Below, in pieces: positions 1-10,262 of a stretch of DNA of 64,000 bases. Position numbers and translations under genes: made by a program. A model generated the notes under the pieces. That model made no database searches and had not been told where the DNA came from. It saw nothing but the letters and a program-made list of their open reading frames with translations. Where the stretch lies: contig CAVUDP010000002.1 in NCBI GenBank assembly GCA_963740315.1, forward strand, positions 3,264,001 to 3,328,000. Direction: 5' to 3'. Numbering within the stretch: position 1 is the stretch's first letter; every line of letters starts with the position of its first letter. This stretch comes from an uncultured cyanobacterium. Lineage in GTDB: Bacteria > Cyanobacteriota > Cyanobacteriia > Cyanobacteriales > Nostocaceae.

Positions 1-1485
1 GGTAATTTGAAAGAATTGCAAAGCCTGGTGGAACGAGCTATAGTCCAAGCTGATGAAGCCAGGGAGTTAACGGAAGAGATTTTTTGGTCGGCGGATACGA
101 AGAAAAAACGATTTCGCTTCAATTTATTAAATGGCTATCCAGAATTAAGAAAGTTTCTTCGCAGTTCGTGGTATCCAGACTGGATCAATTATGGTTTTAC
201 TTTACCAGCATTTGCCGTTCTTATTGGTATTTTATTTTTCGGTCCGCAAACGCGATCGCAAAATTTCGGCTTAAATCTATTTTGGGCTTGGTGGTGGCCC
301 TTTTTCCTATTTCTCTTCCCATTTTTAGGTCGGATTTGGTGCGCCTTCTGTCCGTTTATGATTTACGGTGAAGTTACGCAGAAATTATCGTTGTGGCTGT
401 TTCCTCGACAACTTCAAACTTGGCCCCGACACGAAGCTGAAAAATGGGGTGGATGGTTTTTATTCGCCATGTTTGCTCTAATTTTTCTTTGGGAAGAACT
501 CTGGCATTTAGAAAATACTGCTTATTTGAGCGCTTGTTTGCTACTATTAATTACCGCCGGAGCAATGATTTGCTCTGCGATATTTGAAAGGCGCTTTTGG
601 TGTCGGTATATGTGTCCTATTGGCGGCATGAATGGCTTATTTGCTAAATTGTCGATGACGGAATTAAGAGCGCAGCAAGGTATTTGTTCTGCAACTTGTA
701 CAACTTATCAATGTTACAAAGGTGGTCCGCAAAAAGGCGAAGGAATGGAAACAAATGGATGTCCTTTGTATTCTCATCCCGCACAGTTGCAAGATAACCG
801 AGATTGCGTGCTGTGCATGACTTGTCTCAAAGCCTGTCCCCATCGCTCGGTTGAGTTTAATTTACGTCCTCCCGGTATCGAACTTTGGACAACTCACGTA
901 CCGCATAGTTATGAAGTCGCGCTGTTATTTTTACTTTTAGGAGGAGTGTATCTTCATCGCTTACCTGAAATCCAAAAAATGATGCAACTACAGTTCGATT
1001 TAACTGATTTTTGGCAGCATTCAGGATTATCAATACTTGCTTTAATTATCCCCGTTACAATTCCCTTCGCTGCTTATGCTTTGATGCAATTATTTTATCG
1101 TTTAAATTGCTATTTAAAAAAGACTGGAAATCAACGCAAAAATATAGTCAAACCCAAACCTTTTGTAGAACTTGCTTATGGTTATTTACCATTAGTATTA
1201 GGTGGTAGTTTAGCCCATTACTTACGTTTAGCTTTGAACGAAGCAGGACGGATATTACCAGTGTCTTTCGCTACATTTGGTTTGAATGGTGCATCTTTAC
1301 CAATATTAGTAGCTCACCCCGCAGTCATCGCTTTTTTGCAGGGTACTACTTTGATTTTTTCAACTTTATTAACGGTATTGTTAACACAGAAAATTGCTCG
1401 TCAACCTTTACGCTGTTTGTTTTGGCAACATTTAGCAGCGATCGCGTTAGCAGCAACCATGTGGATGATAATTATATATCCTTGA
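1..1485 (+). CDS. 5'-truncated membrane protein with a sigma54-activator-like AAA+ tail and a 4Fe-4S (NapH/NosR-like polyferredoxin) domain
   Basis: The frame is open from base 1 (GNLKELQSLVERA, resembling the end of the sigma54-interaction domain). It continues into TM helices, CxxCP motifs (WCAFCP, WCRYMCP) and CVLCMTCLKACP. Confidence 0.8.
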   Translation, partial: GNLKELQSLVERAIVQADEARELTEEIFWSADTKKKRFRFNLLNGYPELRKFLRSSWYPDWINYGFTLPAFAVLIGILFFGPQTRSQNFGLNLFWAWWWPFFLFLFPFLGRIWCAFCPFMIYGEVTQKLSLWLFPRQLQTWPRHEAEKWGGWFLFAMFALIFLWEELWHLENTAYLSACLLLLITAGAMICSAIFERRFWCRYMCPIGGMNGLFAKLSMTELRAQQGICSATCTTYQCYKGGPQKGEGMETNGCPLYSHPAQLQDNRDCVLCMTCLKACPHRSVEFNLRPPGIELWTTHVPHSYEVALLFLLLGGVYLHRLPEIQKMMQLQFDLTDFWQHSGLSILALIIPVTIPFAAYALMQLFYRLNCYLKKTGNQRKNIVKPKPFVELAYGYLPLVLGGSLAHYLRLALNEAGRILPVSFATFGLNGASLPILVAHPAVIAFLQGTTLIFSTLLTVLLTQKIARQPLRCLFWQHLAAIALAATMWMIIIYP

Positions 1486-1583
1486 ATCAGATTTTATCTT
1501 CCTGCTAGTTGCTAAGCCCGAAGACATAGTTTACATAGTGAACTTAATAGATCATCATTTATTAACACTAAAATAGTCTTATC

Positions 1584-1673
1584 ACCGTGAGGGGTTACAC
1601 CCAACATTACAACCCTCTTTGGAAGCCTTTTCACCTCTGAAGTTGCAGCAGGAGAGATGCTCCTCTTCACGGT
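1584..1673 (-). ncRNA. Candidate structured small RNA (four-way junction)
   Basis: GC-richer island in an AT-rich spacer, closed by ACCGTGA/TCACGGT with three internal hairpins. A TAAAAT -10-like box lies at 1693-1688 on the minus strand. Confidence 0.35.
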
Positions 1674-2360
1674 TATTTGTTATAATCATTTTATATCTTT
1701 AACATAACTTAATATTTGCTACGTAAAATTCATGTGATTCTATTTATACTAAGGAATATAAATCATAAAATTGCACCTACCAGTGAATATTCTAAGACTT
1801 ATAAAAATTGTTAATAGCTTCTCGAACGTCTTTGAATGAAAGGGTAGCTAATCTGAAGTTTTTATGATTAACTATTTACTTCATACAAATAAAAGGGACT
1901 AATAGGAAGAAGCTAAGTTCTTGGAATGTATTAAGTACATACAGCTTTGATTTCTCGCCAAGTGTTCTATTAAATCAAAGTTTTGATATCGGCTAGTATT
2001 GTTTAGTGAAGTGACTTATTTGTCATTATTTTTGTCATCGGCATTAAAAATTTGAAAGTCATAAAACGAATTTTCAATATCTAATTGCCGCTTAATTTAT
2101 GCTCGATTATCAATTGTTTAAGAATAATTTAACGTTATGGTCGTCAACATATTTAGCGGAAATATAAATGAATTAGGTATGAGTATTACTCTAATATGGG
2201 TTAAAAATTTTACAACCTAATTTGTCTTTAAACGCCTTATTTTGATTGCCAACTCAAAACATATCCTGAAAAGCTTAAGGGAAGCTTGAAAACATTTTAT
2301 ATTCCCACAAACGAAGACTTTAAGGTATGTCTGAATTTGGGCTTGTATTAAAGGCATAAT

Positions 2361-3590
2361 ATGAAAAAACATTTAAACGATCTTGCTATTTGTGGCGGTT
2401 TACCTACCTTTCAAGAAAAGTTGCACGTAAATCGTCCCAATATTGGTTCTAGAGAGATTTTATTCCAACGCATTAACGATGTTTTAGATAGAAAATGGCT
2501 GACAAATAACGGACTTTTAGTACAAGAATTTGAGCAAAAGATAGCTTCCTTAGTAGGAGTAAAACACTGCATTGCTACCTGTAATGCGACTATGGGTTTA
2601 CAAATTGCCATTAAAGCTTGCGAACTTAAAGGTGAAGTCATCATTCCTTCATTTACTTTTGTTGCTACCGCTCATGCTTTGCAATGGCAAGGAATTGAGC
2701 CGATTTTTTGCGATGTTGACTCCGATACTCATAACATAGATCCACAAAAAATAGAGCAGTTAATAACAGATAAAACTACTGGAATAATGGGAGTACATCT
2801 ATGGGGAAGAGGATGTAATGTAGAAGCACTTGAAGAAATTGCTCGGCGCTACAACTTAAAGCTTTTATTTGATGCTGCACACGCTTTGGGATGCTCTTAT
2901 AAAGGGCAGATGATAGGTAGTTTTGGCAACGCAGAAGTATTTAGTTTTCATGCAACAAAATTTTGTAACAGTTTTGAAGGAGGTGCAATTGTTACAAACG
3001 ATTCGGAATTAGCAAACAAAATTCGCAAAATGAAGAATTTTGGATTTAGTGGTTACGATCGCGATGGCGATTACGATCGCGTTGAGTATCTAGGAATTAA
3101 CGGCAAAATGAATGAAGTCTCTGCCGCTATGGGGTTGACATCATTAGAAAGTATAGATGATTTTATTCGTATTAATCGTAAAAATTACAAATATTACCAA
3201 CAAGAATTATCCAATATTCCAGGTGTAAATTTAATAACTTACGACAACTTAGAAAGATGTAATTATCAATACATTATTGTAGAAATTGACGAGTTAGTAA
3301 CTGGAATTACCCGCGACAAAGTTTACAAAATTTTGTGGGCAGAAAACATACTCGCAAAGCGCTACTTTTATCCAGGTTGTCATAACATGGAACCCTATCG
3401 CTCTCGTATTGCCGATATGGGTTTGATGTTAACAAATACCAGACATTTAGCAGCACGAGTGCTAGCACTTCCTACGGGTACCGCAATAGGAAGAAGAGAA
3501 ATTAGCAAAATTTGTCAGATTTTAAAGCTTGCAACTTCAGGGGGAAATTTAATTAATGAAACGCTCTACCAAAATGTCTGTGCCTGTTGA
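2361..3590 (+). CDS. DegT/DnrJ/EryC1/StrS-family PLP sugar aminotransferase (VioA/DesI-like)
   Basis: PSFTFVAT, LLFDAAHA, FSFHATK (PLP lysine), EGGAI and NGKMNE motifs. Confidence 0.9.
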   Translation: MKKHLNDLAICGGLPTFQEKLHVNRPNIGSREILFQRINDVLDRKWLTNNGLLVQEFEQKIASLVGVKHCIATCNATMGLQIAIKACELKGEVIIPSFTFVATAHALQWQGIEPIFCDVDSDTHNIDPQKIEQLITDKTTGIMGVHLWGRGCNVEALEEIARRYNLKLLFDAAHALGCSYKGQMIGSFGNAEVFSFHATKFCNSFEGGAIVTNDSELANKIRKMKNFGFSGYDRDGDYDRVEYLGINGKMNEVSAAMGLTSLESIDDFIRINRKNYKYYQQELSNIPGVNLITYDNLERCNYQYIIVEIDELVTGITRDKVYKILWAENILAKRYFYPGCHNMEPYRSRIADMGLMLTNTRHLAARVLALPTGTAIGRREISKICQILKLATSGGNLINETLYQNVCAC

Positions 3591-4584
3591 TTCGCAATTC
3601 ACAAACGATCGCTTAAAAGTTAGTGTATCTCTTGTCACTTTTAATCATGAAAAATTTATTGCCCAAGCGATAGAAAGTGTACTGATGCAAGAAGTGGACT
3701 TTAGTTATGAAATTATCATAGGTGAAGATTTTTCTAGCGATCGGACGCGCTCTATTGTTATTGACTACCAAAAACAGTATCCAGATAAAATTCGCTTGAT
3801 ATTACCCGAAGAAAACTTGGGCTGCTACGGGCAAAAGATTTTTGTACAAACACTTCAAGCAAGCTTAGGTAAGTATATTGCGATTCTAGATGGCGATGAT
3901 TATTGGACAACTCCAAACAAGCTACAGCAACAGGTAGATTATTTAGATAACCATCCTGAATGTGCAATCTGTTTTCATGATGTAACGACAATTTTTGAGG
4001 ATAATGCTGGGCTACCTCGGAGATATAACGATTATCAGCCAAGTCAATTTTCTGAACTAGAAAACATTTTAAAAAGTAACTTTATACCAACCTGTTCAAC
4101 TTTGTACAGAAGAGGTTTATTTAGTGAATTTCCAGACTGGTACTACGATACCGTTTGTGGAGATTGGGTACTTCACGTTTTGAATGCAAGACATGGCAAA
4201 ATCGGCTACATCAACAAGTCGATGGGAGTTTATCGGGTGCATCAAAACGGTTTATTTAGCAGCATGAAAAAGATACAGCAGCTAAAAGAGGCAATTAAGT
4301 TTTACGAGCTTTTAAATGAGTATTTGGAATTTGAATACAACCACATAATCAAATCGGAAGAAATTTATCGTTATCTTACTTGTTTATCGATTTATCAACA
4401 AGAAGGAACTTTAGCTCGACAAAAACAAGATATTAACAAGTTAATCCAAACTTTACTTGGTAATCCAGCGATCGGCTGTATAGCAATTTTTAAGTTTATT
4501 AAGAGAAGCATTATTAATAAAGTCAATAAATATAAGTGGCGGATAAAAAAGCGTCAGCAAAAACTGCTCGCTCATGAATATTAA
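3556..4584 (+). CDS. Glycosyltransferase family 2
   Basis: VSVSLVTFNHEKFI, EIIIGEDFSSD and YIAILDGDDYW motifs. The true start may be the second Met (3577). Confidence 0.9.
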   Translation: MKRSTKMSVPVDSQFTNDRLKVSVSLVTFNHEKFIAQAIESVLMQEVDFSYEIIIGEDFSSDRTRSIVIDYQKQYPDKIRLILPEENLGCYGQKIFVQTLQASLGKYIAILDGDDYWTTPNKLQQQVDYLDNHPECAICFHDVTTIFEDNAGLPRRYNDYQPSQFSELENILKSNFIPTCSTLYRRGLFSEFPDWYYDTVCGDWVLHVLNARHGKIGYINKSMGVYRVHQNGLFSSMKKIQQLKEAIKFYELLNEYLEFEYNHIIKSEEIYRYLTCLSIYQQEGTLARQKQDINKLIQTLLGNPAIGCIAIFKFIKRSIINKVNKYKWRIKKRQQKLLAHEY

Positions 4585-5629
4585 AGTAATTGATTGTCAG
4601 AACCCCTTATGGCTGCAAACATTACGTAAACTGAGGTACGATGTTTACCATTTGCCAGAATATGCACGTTTGGAAGCCAAAAGAACGGCATCGGTAAGCC
4701 AAGCTTTTACGATCGTTGATGGTGAAAAAATATTTTTCTTACCCTTTTTAATCCGTTCGTGCAATGACATACTAGCACAAGCGCAATTTTCAGATGCGAC
4801 ATCACTATATGGTTATCCTGGTGTTTTACTAAGTGAAGCGGCTGCAAATACATCTGGTTTTGTAGATTTTGCGATTAAGGAATTAAATTACTATTTAAAA
4901 GTTAAGGGTATATGTTCGGCATTCTTTCAACTGCATCCTATTTTAAGTCACAAATTCAGTCAAATATCGCCAGAAACGGTGAATAAAATTGGTGAAACAA
5001 TTTCCATCGATTTAAAACTTTCAGAATCACAGATTTGGGCAAATACTAGAAAAGGGCATCAAAGCACGATCAATAAGTGTAAACGACTTGGATTTACTGC
5101 CAGGATGGTAAATTTAGTTGAATACGTCGAACACTTTCAAGCGATTTACGAGGAAACCATGAATCGCGTAGCAGCAAAACAATCTTATTATTTTAGCCAA
5201 GAGTATTTTTTAAATTTACAAAACTTAGACGGCAATATTCATTTGTGCTTAGTAGAATTAGAGTCAGAAATTGCCGCAGCCTGTATATTTTTTGAATGCG
5301 GTGGAATAGTTCAAGCTCACTTAGGCGGAACTAAAAATAAATTTTTACACCAATCTCCATTCAATTATTTATTAGATTACGTTCGATACTGGGCAAAGCA
5401 GCGCGGTAACGAATTAATGCATATAGGAAGCGGTGTAGGAGGAGCAAAAGACAGTTTATATCACTTCAAAGCCGGATTTTCCAAACAAAGACACGATTGG
5501 TTTGCACTGCGATTGATTCCAGATGCCGAAAAATATAATTACCTAACTCATCTGCGAGCAGAATTTTTGAATACTAAAGTTGAGAAATTGTTTGAGTCAA
5601 GCTTCTTCCCCGCTTATCGCGCTGGTTAG
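4574..5629 (+). CDS. GNAT/FemAB-like acyltransferase
   Basis: DATSLYGYPG, HLGGT, GSGVGG, LYHFKAGFS and FFPAYR motifs. Overlaps the upstream GT2 stop, consistent with an operon. Confidence 0.8.
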   Translation: MNIKVIDCQNPLWLQTLRKLRYDVYHLPEYARLEAKRTASVSQAFTIVDGEKIFFLPFLIRSCNDILAQAQFSDATSLYGYPGVLLSEAAANTSGFVDFAIKELNYYLKVKGICSAFFQLHPILSHKFSQISPETVNKIGETISIDLKLSESQIWANTRKGHQSTINKCKRLGFTARMVNLVEYVEHFQAIYEETMNRVAAKQSYYFSQEYFLNLQNLDGNIHLCLVELESEIAAACIFFECGGIVQAHLGGTKNKFLHQSPFNYLLDYVRYWAKQRGNELMHIGSGVGGAKDSLYHFKAGFSKQRHDWFALRLIPDAEKYNYLTHLRAEFLNTKVEKLFESSFFPAYRAG

Positions 5630-5797
5630 AGATGGGGGAGAGGGGGTTCGGGGGAGATGGGGAGAGGGGGAGTACTTCGACAAGCTCAGTAACCTTTGGG
5701 GAGATGGGGAGACAAGGGGACAAGGGGGAGAAATAATATTTATAACTTATAACTCAATACTCAATACTCAATACTCAATACCTTTAACCTTTAACCT
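5629..5797. repeat. STRR arrays (GGGGAGAT-type, ACTCAAT-type) with an embedded CTTCGACAAGCTCAGTAACC short repeat
   Basis: Tandem 7-8-mers visible directly in the sequence. Confidence 0.8.
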
Positions 5798-5906
5798 TTT
5801 TTTAATATCGTTCGTTCGGCTACAGTTCTTATGGGTGTAGGCGATCAAGAATGTGGATAAATGCTATGAAGACGGCAGCTTTTCGTACTAATTATGCTGC
5901 TTTTAT

Positions 5907-7601
5907 ATGAAACCTAGAATAATTGTTTGTAGTTTAGGACGCACCGGATATAAAATATTTCGTTTGCTCAGACAGCAGGGAGCGTTAGTTGTTGGGATTC
6001 ACCATCAAGCGATTTCTGGCGAAAGGGCTGGAGATGTGATTGTTGGGGATTTACACGCGGCTAGTACCCTCAAAGCAGCAGGAATCCAGCAAGCTAATAC
6101 TTTAGTTATAGCTGGAGGAGATGATGCATTAAATTTGTGGATTGTGATGCAAGCGCGGGTGCTTAATCCCCGGATTCGCATAATCAATCGCTTTTTTAAC
6201 ACTAGTTTGGGCGAACGTTTGGATTATACTTTGCCAGATCATTTAAGTATGAGTGTTGCGGGTTTGGCTGCACCAGTGTTTAGTTTTGCTGCATTGGGAA
6301 ACAAAGCGATCGGACAGATCAAATTATTTAAACAAACTTGGCCCATACACGAAGAGTATATTCATCAATATCATCCCTGGAACGGTCGCAAAATCAATGA
6401 ATTATGGGAAGATCGTTCGCGGATGCTGATTTATTATTTACCAGTAGAAGGTGATTTAGATTTAGTATCCGCTGTTACCTCCGGACACGAACTGCAAAAA
6501 GGCGATCGCCTGATTGTAGGTACGCAACCCCAAGTCCGTACAAGTCGCAAATCGCTGATCGCAAAGCTGCTCAAAGTAGTCACAAATTTACGGCAATTTA
6601 GACATCACGCTCAATCGGTATTGGTAGGAGCAATGTTGCTGATGATAATTATCTCGGTGGCAACGCTTACTTATGTATCTGCCGAACTAAATATGTCTGT
6701 TGTCGATGCCCTGTATTTTTCTGTAGGTATGATTACAGGGGCAGGTGGTAACGAAAAAGTAGTAGAGCAAGCTCCTGACAGCATTAAAATATTCACCGTG
6801 ATCATGATGTTAGTTGGAGCGGCAATATTTGGTATTTGGTATGCTTTGCTCAACGATTTTGTACTGGGAACCCGTTTCAAACAGTTTTGGGATGCAGCCA
6901 GAATACCAAGGCGCAATCACTACATCGTCTGTGGATTGGGCGGTATTGGCATAAAAATTGTCCAACAACTTCATAACAGCGGACAAGAAGTTGTAGTTGT
7001 TGAACCAAACAGCAACGGTAAATTTGTTAATACCGCTCGCAGTTTAGGTATTCCCACAATTCATGCTGATGCCAGTTTCCCAGAGACTCTCAAAGCTTGC
7101 AACGTTACAACTGCCGCTTCCTTAATTGCCGTTACTGGCAACGATGCCACTAATATCGAAATTGCGCTTAAAGCCAAGGGATTATCACCTACGATTCCGG
7201 TGGTAGTAAATTATGCAGATCCTGACTTTGCCCGAATGGCGCAGGAAGTATTTGATTTTGAAGCAGTATTAAGTCCCGCAGAGCTTGCCGCACCTGCCTT
7301 TGCTGCCGCAGCCTTGGGTGGTAGAATTCTCGGTAACGGCATCACCGCAGATAGTTTATGGGTAGCCTTTGCAACAATAATTACACCCTCACATCCATTT
7401 TGCGGTCAAAAAGTCAAAGAAGCAGCGATGTCTGCCGATTTTGTACCTTTATATGTAGAAACTAATTCTCAAACCATCCACGGCTGGGAATTACTCGAAA
7501 CCAGTTTGAGTGGTGGGGATATGCTGTACTTAACAATGCCCGCAACTCGCCTGTATCAATTGTGGCGCTATACTCCTAAGATTGATGCTGTTAGTTATTA
7601 G
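5907..7601 (+). CDS. TrkA-N (RCK) domain / ion-channel domain protein (potassium channel family)
   Basis: Two Rossmann-like motifs (IIVCSLGRTG, YIVCGLGGIG) flank a two-TM pore segment (DALYFSVGMITGAGG). Confidence 0.85.
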   Translation: MKPRIIVCSLGRTGYKIFRLLRQQGALVVGIHHQAISGERAGDVIVGDLHAASTLKAAGIQQANTLVIAGGDDALNLWIVMQARVLNPRIRIINRFFNTSLGERLDYTLPDHLSMSVAGLAAPVFSFAALGNKAIGQIKLFKQTWPIHEEYIHQYHPWNGRKINELWEDRSRMLIYYLPVEGDLDLVSAVTSGHELQKGDRLIVGTQPQVRTSRKSLIAKLLKVVTNLRQFRHHAQSVLVGAMLLMIIISVATLTYVSAELNMSVVDALYFSVGMITGAGGNEKVVEQAPDSIKIFTVIMMLVGAAIFGIWYALLNDFVLGTRFKQFWDAARIPRRNHYIVCGLGGIGIKIVQQLHNSGQEVVVVEPNSNGKFVNTARSLGIPTIHADASFPETLKACNVTTAASLIAVTGNDATNIEIALKAKGLSPTIPVVVNYADPDFARMAQEVFDFEAVLSPAELAAPAFAAAALGGRILGNGITADSLWVAFATIITPSHPFCGQKVKEAAMSADFVPLYVETNSQTIHGWELLETSLSGGDMLYLTMPATRLYQLWRYTPKIDAVSY

Positions 7602-7785
7602 TTGGGGATTGGGCATGGGAAAACAGAGAGGGGGGTAGAGGGGGTAGACATAAAAAAATTCATTCCTAACTCAATACTCAATACTCAATACTCTTAACTT
7701 TTAAAATTCAATTCAAAACAAACCAAACGTATCCGTTGTTCAAATCTAAAATCTAAAATCTAAAATAATTCCTAACTCAATACTC

Positions 7786-9156
7786 CTAATTTCTAACTCC
7801 TAACTTTTCAACTATGCACAGAAAATACTGGGGAGTACCAAAGCGATCGCCAACTACTGAAATGCTAACTTTTACTTTTATTAAGTTTCCATTCTTATGA
7901 ATCAGTTGCTTTTGTATTGAGTTAACTGTGCTTTTACCATTCAGAATATTAGACATAAACTCGATGGAAGAGTCTAAATCATCCAAGTGTGTAATATCTT
8001 GCCAGCTTAAATCCAACAATTCCAACTCGCTATAGCCGATAATTTTGCAAAAATGCGGGTTAAGTTGGATAAATTCTCCAGATAGGCTTATCTGATAAAT
8101 TCCTACGCAAGCTTGCTCGAAAATAGCACAAAAACGTTCTTCATTCTCGCGTAAAGCATCTTCCGCCGATTTGCGCTGTGAAATATCTTCGACTACGCCC
8201 AGAAAATAATCGGGCATTCCTGCTTCGTTGCGTACCAATGAGACACTAACATTAACCCATTGCTCTTGATTGGATTTATTCCACTTACGGATAAACCGTT
8301 TTTGTAAAGAGTAGTTAGAAATTTCGTTCGTAAATAACTTTCTCACCTGCATAAGTTCGGCTTCAATATCATCTTGATGAGTAATATCTTGCCAACTTAG
8401 CTGCTTTAAAAAAGATTCTTCATAACCTACTATTTCACAAAAGCGGGGATTAACTTGCACAAACTCACCGTAGAGAGAAACTTGATAAATTCCTACAGCA
8501 GCTTGTTCGTAAATAGCACGAAACTGCGCTTCACTTTCCCTTAAAGCTTCCTCTGCTATTTTGCGATGAGTAATATCTCGCGCTACCCACAACACGCTTC
8601 GATCGGAAATTGAAGAAATGCTAGCGCTAAACCAAACTTGACGTGCTTCCTCTTCTAAAAGGTAATCAAAATGCAGAGTTTTATCTATATCCAAAGCTTG
8701 ATGAACTTGATTTAACCAGATTTTAGCTGTTTGCTCCTGAAAAAAAAGTTCCGCAGTTTTATTAACCAACTTGTTAGTAGTAGTATCCGAATCACTTACA
8801 CAAGTCGGTAGAATTTCCACGTTAGACAAATTATTGTCTTGGATACTTACCACCAACATGATGTCCTTTATCGCTTCAAAAACACCGCGCAACCTAGCTT
8901 CAGAACTACTTAACCTATCTTCAAGCAATTTGCGTGACTGAGCGTAACGAGTGTTGCGATCGCGAATTACTTGCAATTGTTGGTTCAAATTTTCATTTTC
9001 AGCTTTGGAAAGTGCAAGCAACTCCTGCAATTTTTCCAAAGTATGTCTAATTTCGTCATTGTGTCGGCTGTGAAATAGTGTTAAAGCATCTTTTAGGTTG
9101 TCATTCGGCGTTTTAGCTACATAATCATCATTAACAGCTGAATCAGAGTTTTGCAT
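7786..9156 (-). CDS. Multi-PAS/PAC sensor protein without an output domain
   Basis: N-terminal coiled coil followed by repeated ESEAQFRAIYEQAAVGI...ITHxDD...VEDISQRK PAS/PAC units. Confidence 0.8.
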   Translation of the reverse strand: MQNSDSAVNDDYVAKTPNDNLKDALTLFHSRHNDEIRHTLEKLQELLALSKAENENLNQQLQVIRDRNTRYAQSRKLLEDRLSSSEARLRGVFEAIKDIMLVVSIQDNNLSNVEILPTCVSDSDTTTNKLVNKTAELFFQEQTAKIWLNQVHQALDIDKTLHFDYLLEEEARQVWFSASISSISDRSVLWVARDITHRKIAEEALRESEAQFRAIYEQAAVGIYQVSLYGEFVQVNPRFCEIVGYEESFLKQLSWQDITHQDDIEAELMQVRKLFTNEISNYSLQKRFIRKWNKSNQEQWVNVSVSLVRNEAGMPDYFLGVVEDISQRKSAEDALRENEERFCAIFEQACVGIYQISLSGEFIQLNPHFCKIIGYSELELLDLSWQDITHLDDLDSSIEFMSNILNGKSTVNSIQKQLIHKNGNLIKVKVSISVVGDRFGTPQYFLCIVEKLGVRN

Positions 9157-9421
9157 AAAAAAACAGTTTTTATCAAATTATTAATTGCGGCAGAATTTAT
9201 TTAACAAGCCGTGAGAGGAAGCTCAAGGTAAGTTTTTGTATTGTGCTGCTACTGAATAAAAATTACACTGACTTTTATGTTATGACAAGTTTTATTTAGA
9301 ACATCTACACTTAATTTTACTTTATCGCGTTCAGTTAAATTATTTACTGAAAGCTTTGAGATAGGGTATTTTTACAGATAAACCCGATAAATCTTTAGAT
9401 AAAAGACTATGTATAAATTAT

Positions 9422-10207
9422 CTAAGATAGATTGCTCCTAGCTTTCAAAAGATAATCAGATAGTTCGCAAAAACCTTCACCTTCACGATTCTGGGTGACA
9501 TAAGCGGGTTTATGCTCTAATTTATCGACATATTCCAGCACGTTAGCAACACCTACAGATACACCAAAATAATTATTGTCGAACAAACTTTCATCATTAG
9601 GGCTATCACCAACCGTAACAACTTCATCAGAGGCGTATTCGGGAAAATATTCTCGTAGCACTTGCGATAACCCTACAGCCTTATCCTGTGTTAAAGGTTT
9701 GATATGGCACTGAACATTGCTGTAAGTGAATCCCCAACCCAACTCCTGACATTGATGTGAAAGGGTTTGCAGTGAAGCGTTACTTAAACCAGCCACATCA
9801 AAAGTCCAATCGGTGATGCGAAAACGATTATCGGATGATTCTTGAATTTGAGGAAAATCAAGCTGTAATTGTTGAAAAACAGCCGCTAAATCTTTTCTAT
9901 GTTTATTTAAATCTGATATCGGTGTAATAGCAACCGCTTGCTCACTTCTATAGGGATAGAACAAACCACCATTTTCAGCGATCGCACCTACTACTGGCAA
10001 ATAATACGCCAAACCGCTAACCCAGCCAGCAGAACGTCCGGTAACAATTATCACTTTAATCTTCGCTGCGGCTAAATCTTGCAAAGCTTGCAGCAATCCA
10101 TTAGTAAACTTACCATTTGTGGTTAAAGTACCATCCATATCCGTAGCCACAAGCCGAATTTTGCTAAAGCAGTTGTTATGGTTTTGTTGAGGAAGCGATA
10201 AGGACAT
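9422..10207 (-). CDS. HAD-superfamily hydrolase, subfamily IIB
   Basis: DMDGTL motif I, VTGRS motif II and GDSPND motif IV. Confidence 0.9.
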   Translation of the reverse strand: MSLSLPQQNHNNCFSKIRLVATDMDGTLTTNGKFTNGLLQALQDLAAAKIKVIIVTGRSAGWVSGLAYYLPVVGAIAENGGLFYPYRSEQAVAITPISDLNKHRKDLAAVFQQLQLDFPQIQESSDNRFRITDWTFDVAGLSNASLQTLSHQCQELGWGFTYSNVQCHIKPLTQDKAVGLSQVLREYFPEYASDEVVTVGDSPNDESLFDNNYFGVSVGVANVLEYVDKLEHKPAYVTQNREGEGFCELSDYLLKARSNLS

Positions 10208-10262
10208 TTAGAAGCAGGGGGTAGAGAATAGGGAACGGAAAATGATGGAAATAAGTAAAGTT

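Noticed and set aside
1584..1673. tRNA gene
   Set aside because: The fold is cloverleaf-like but has no TTCRA T-loop, no D-loop GG and no 7-nt anticodon loop.
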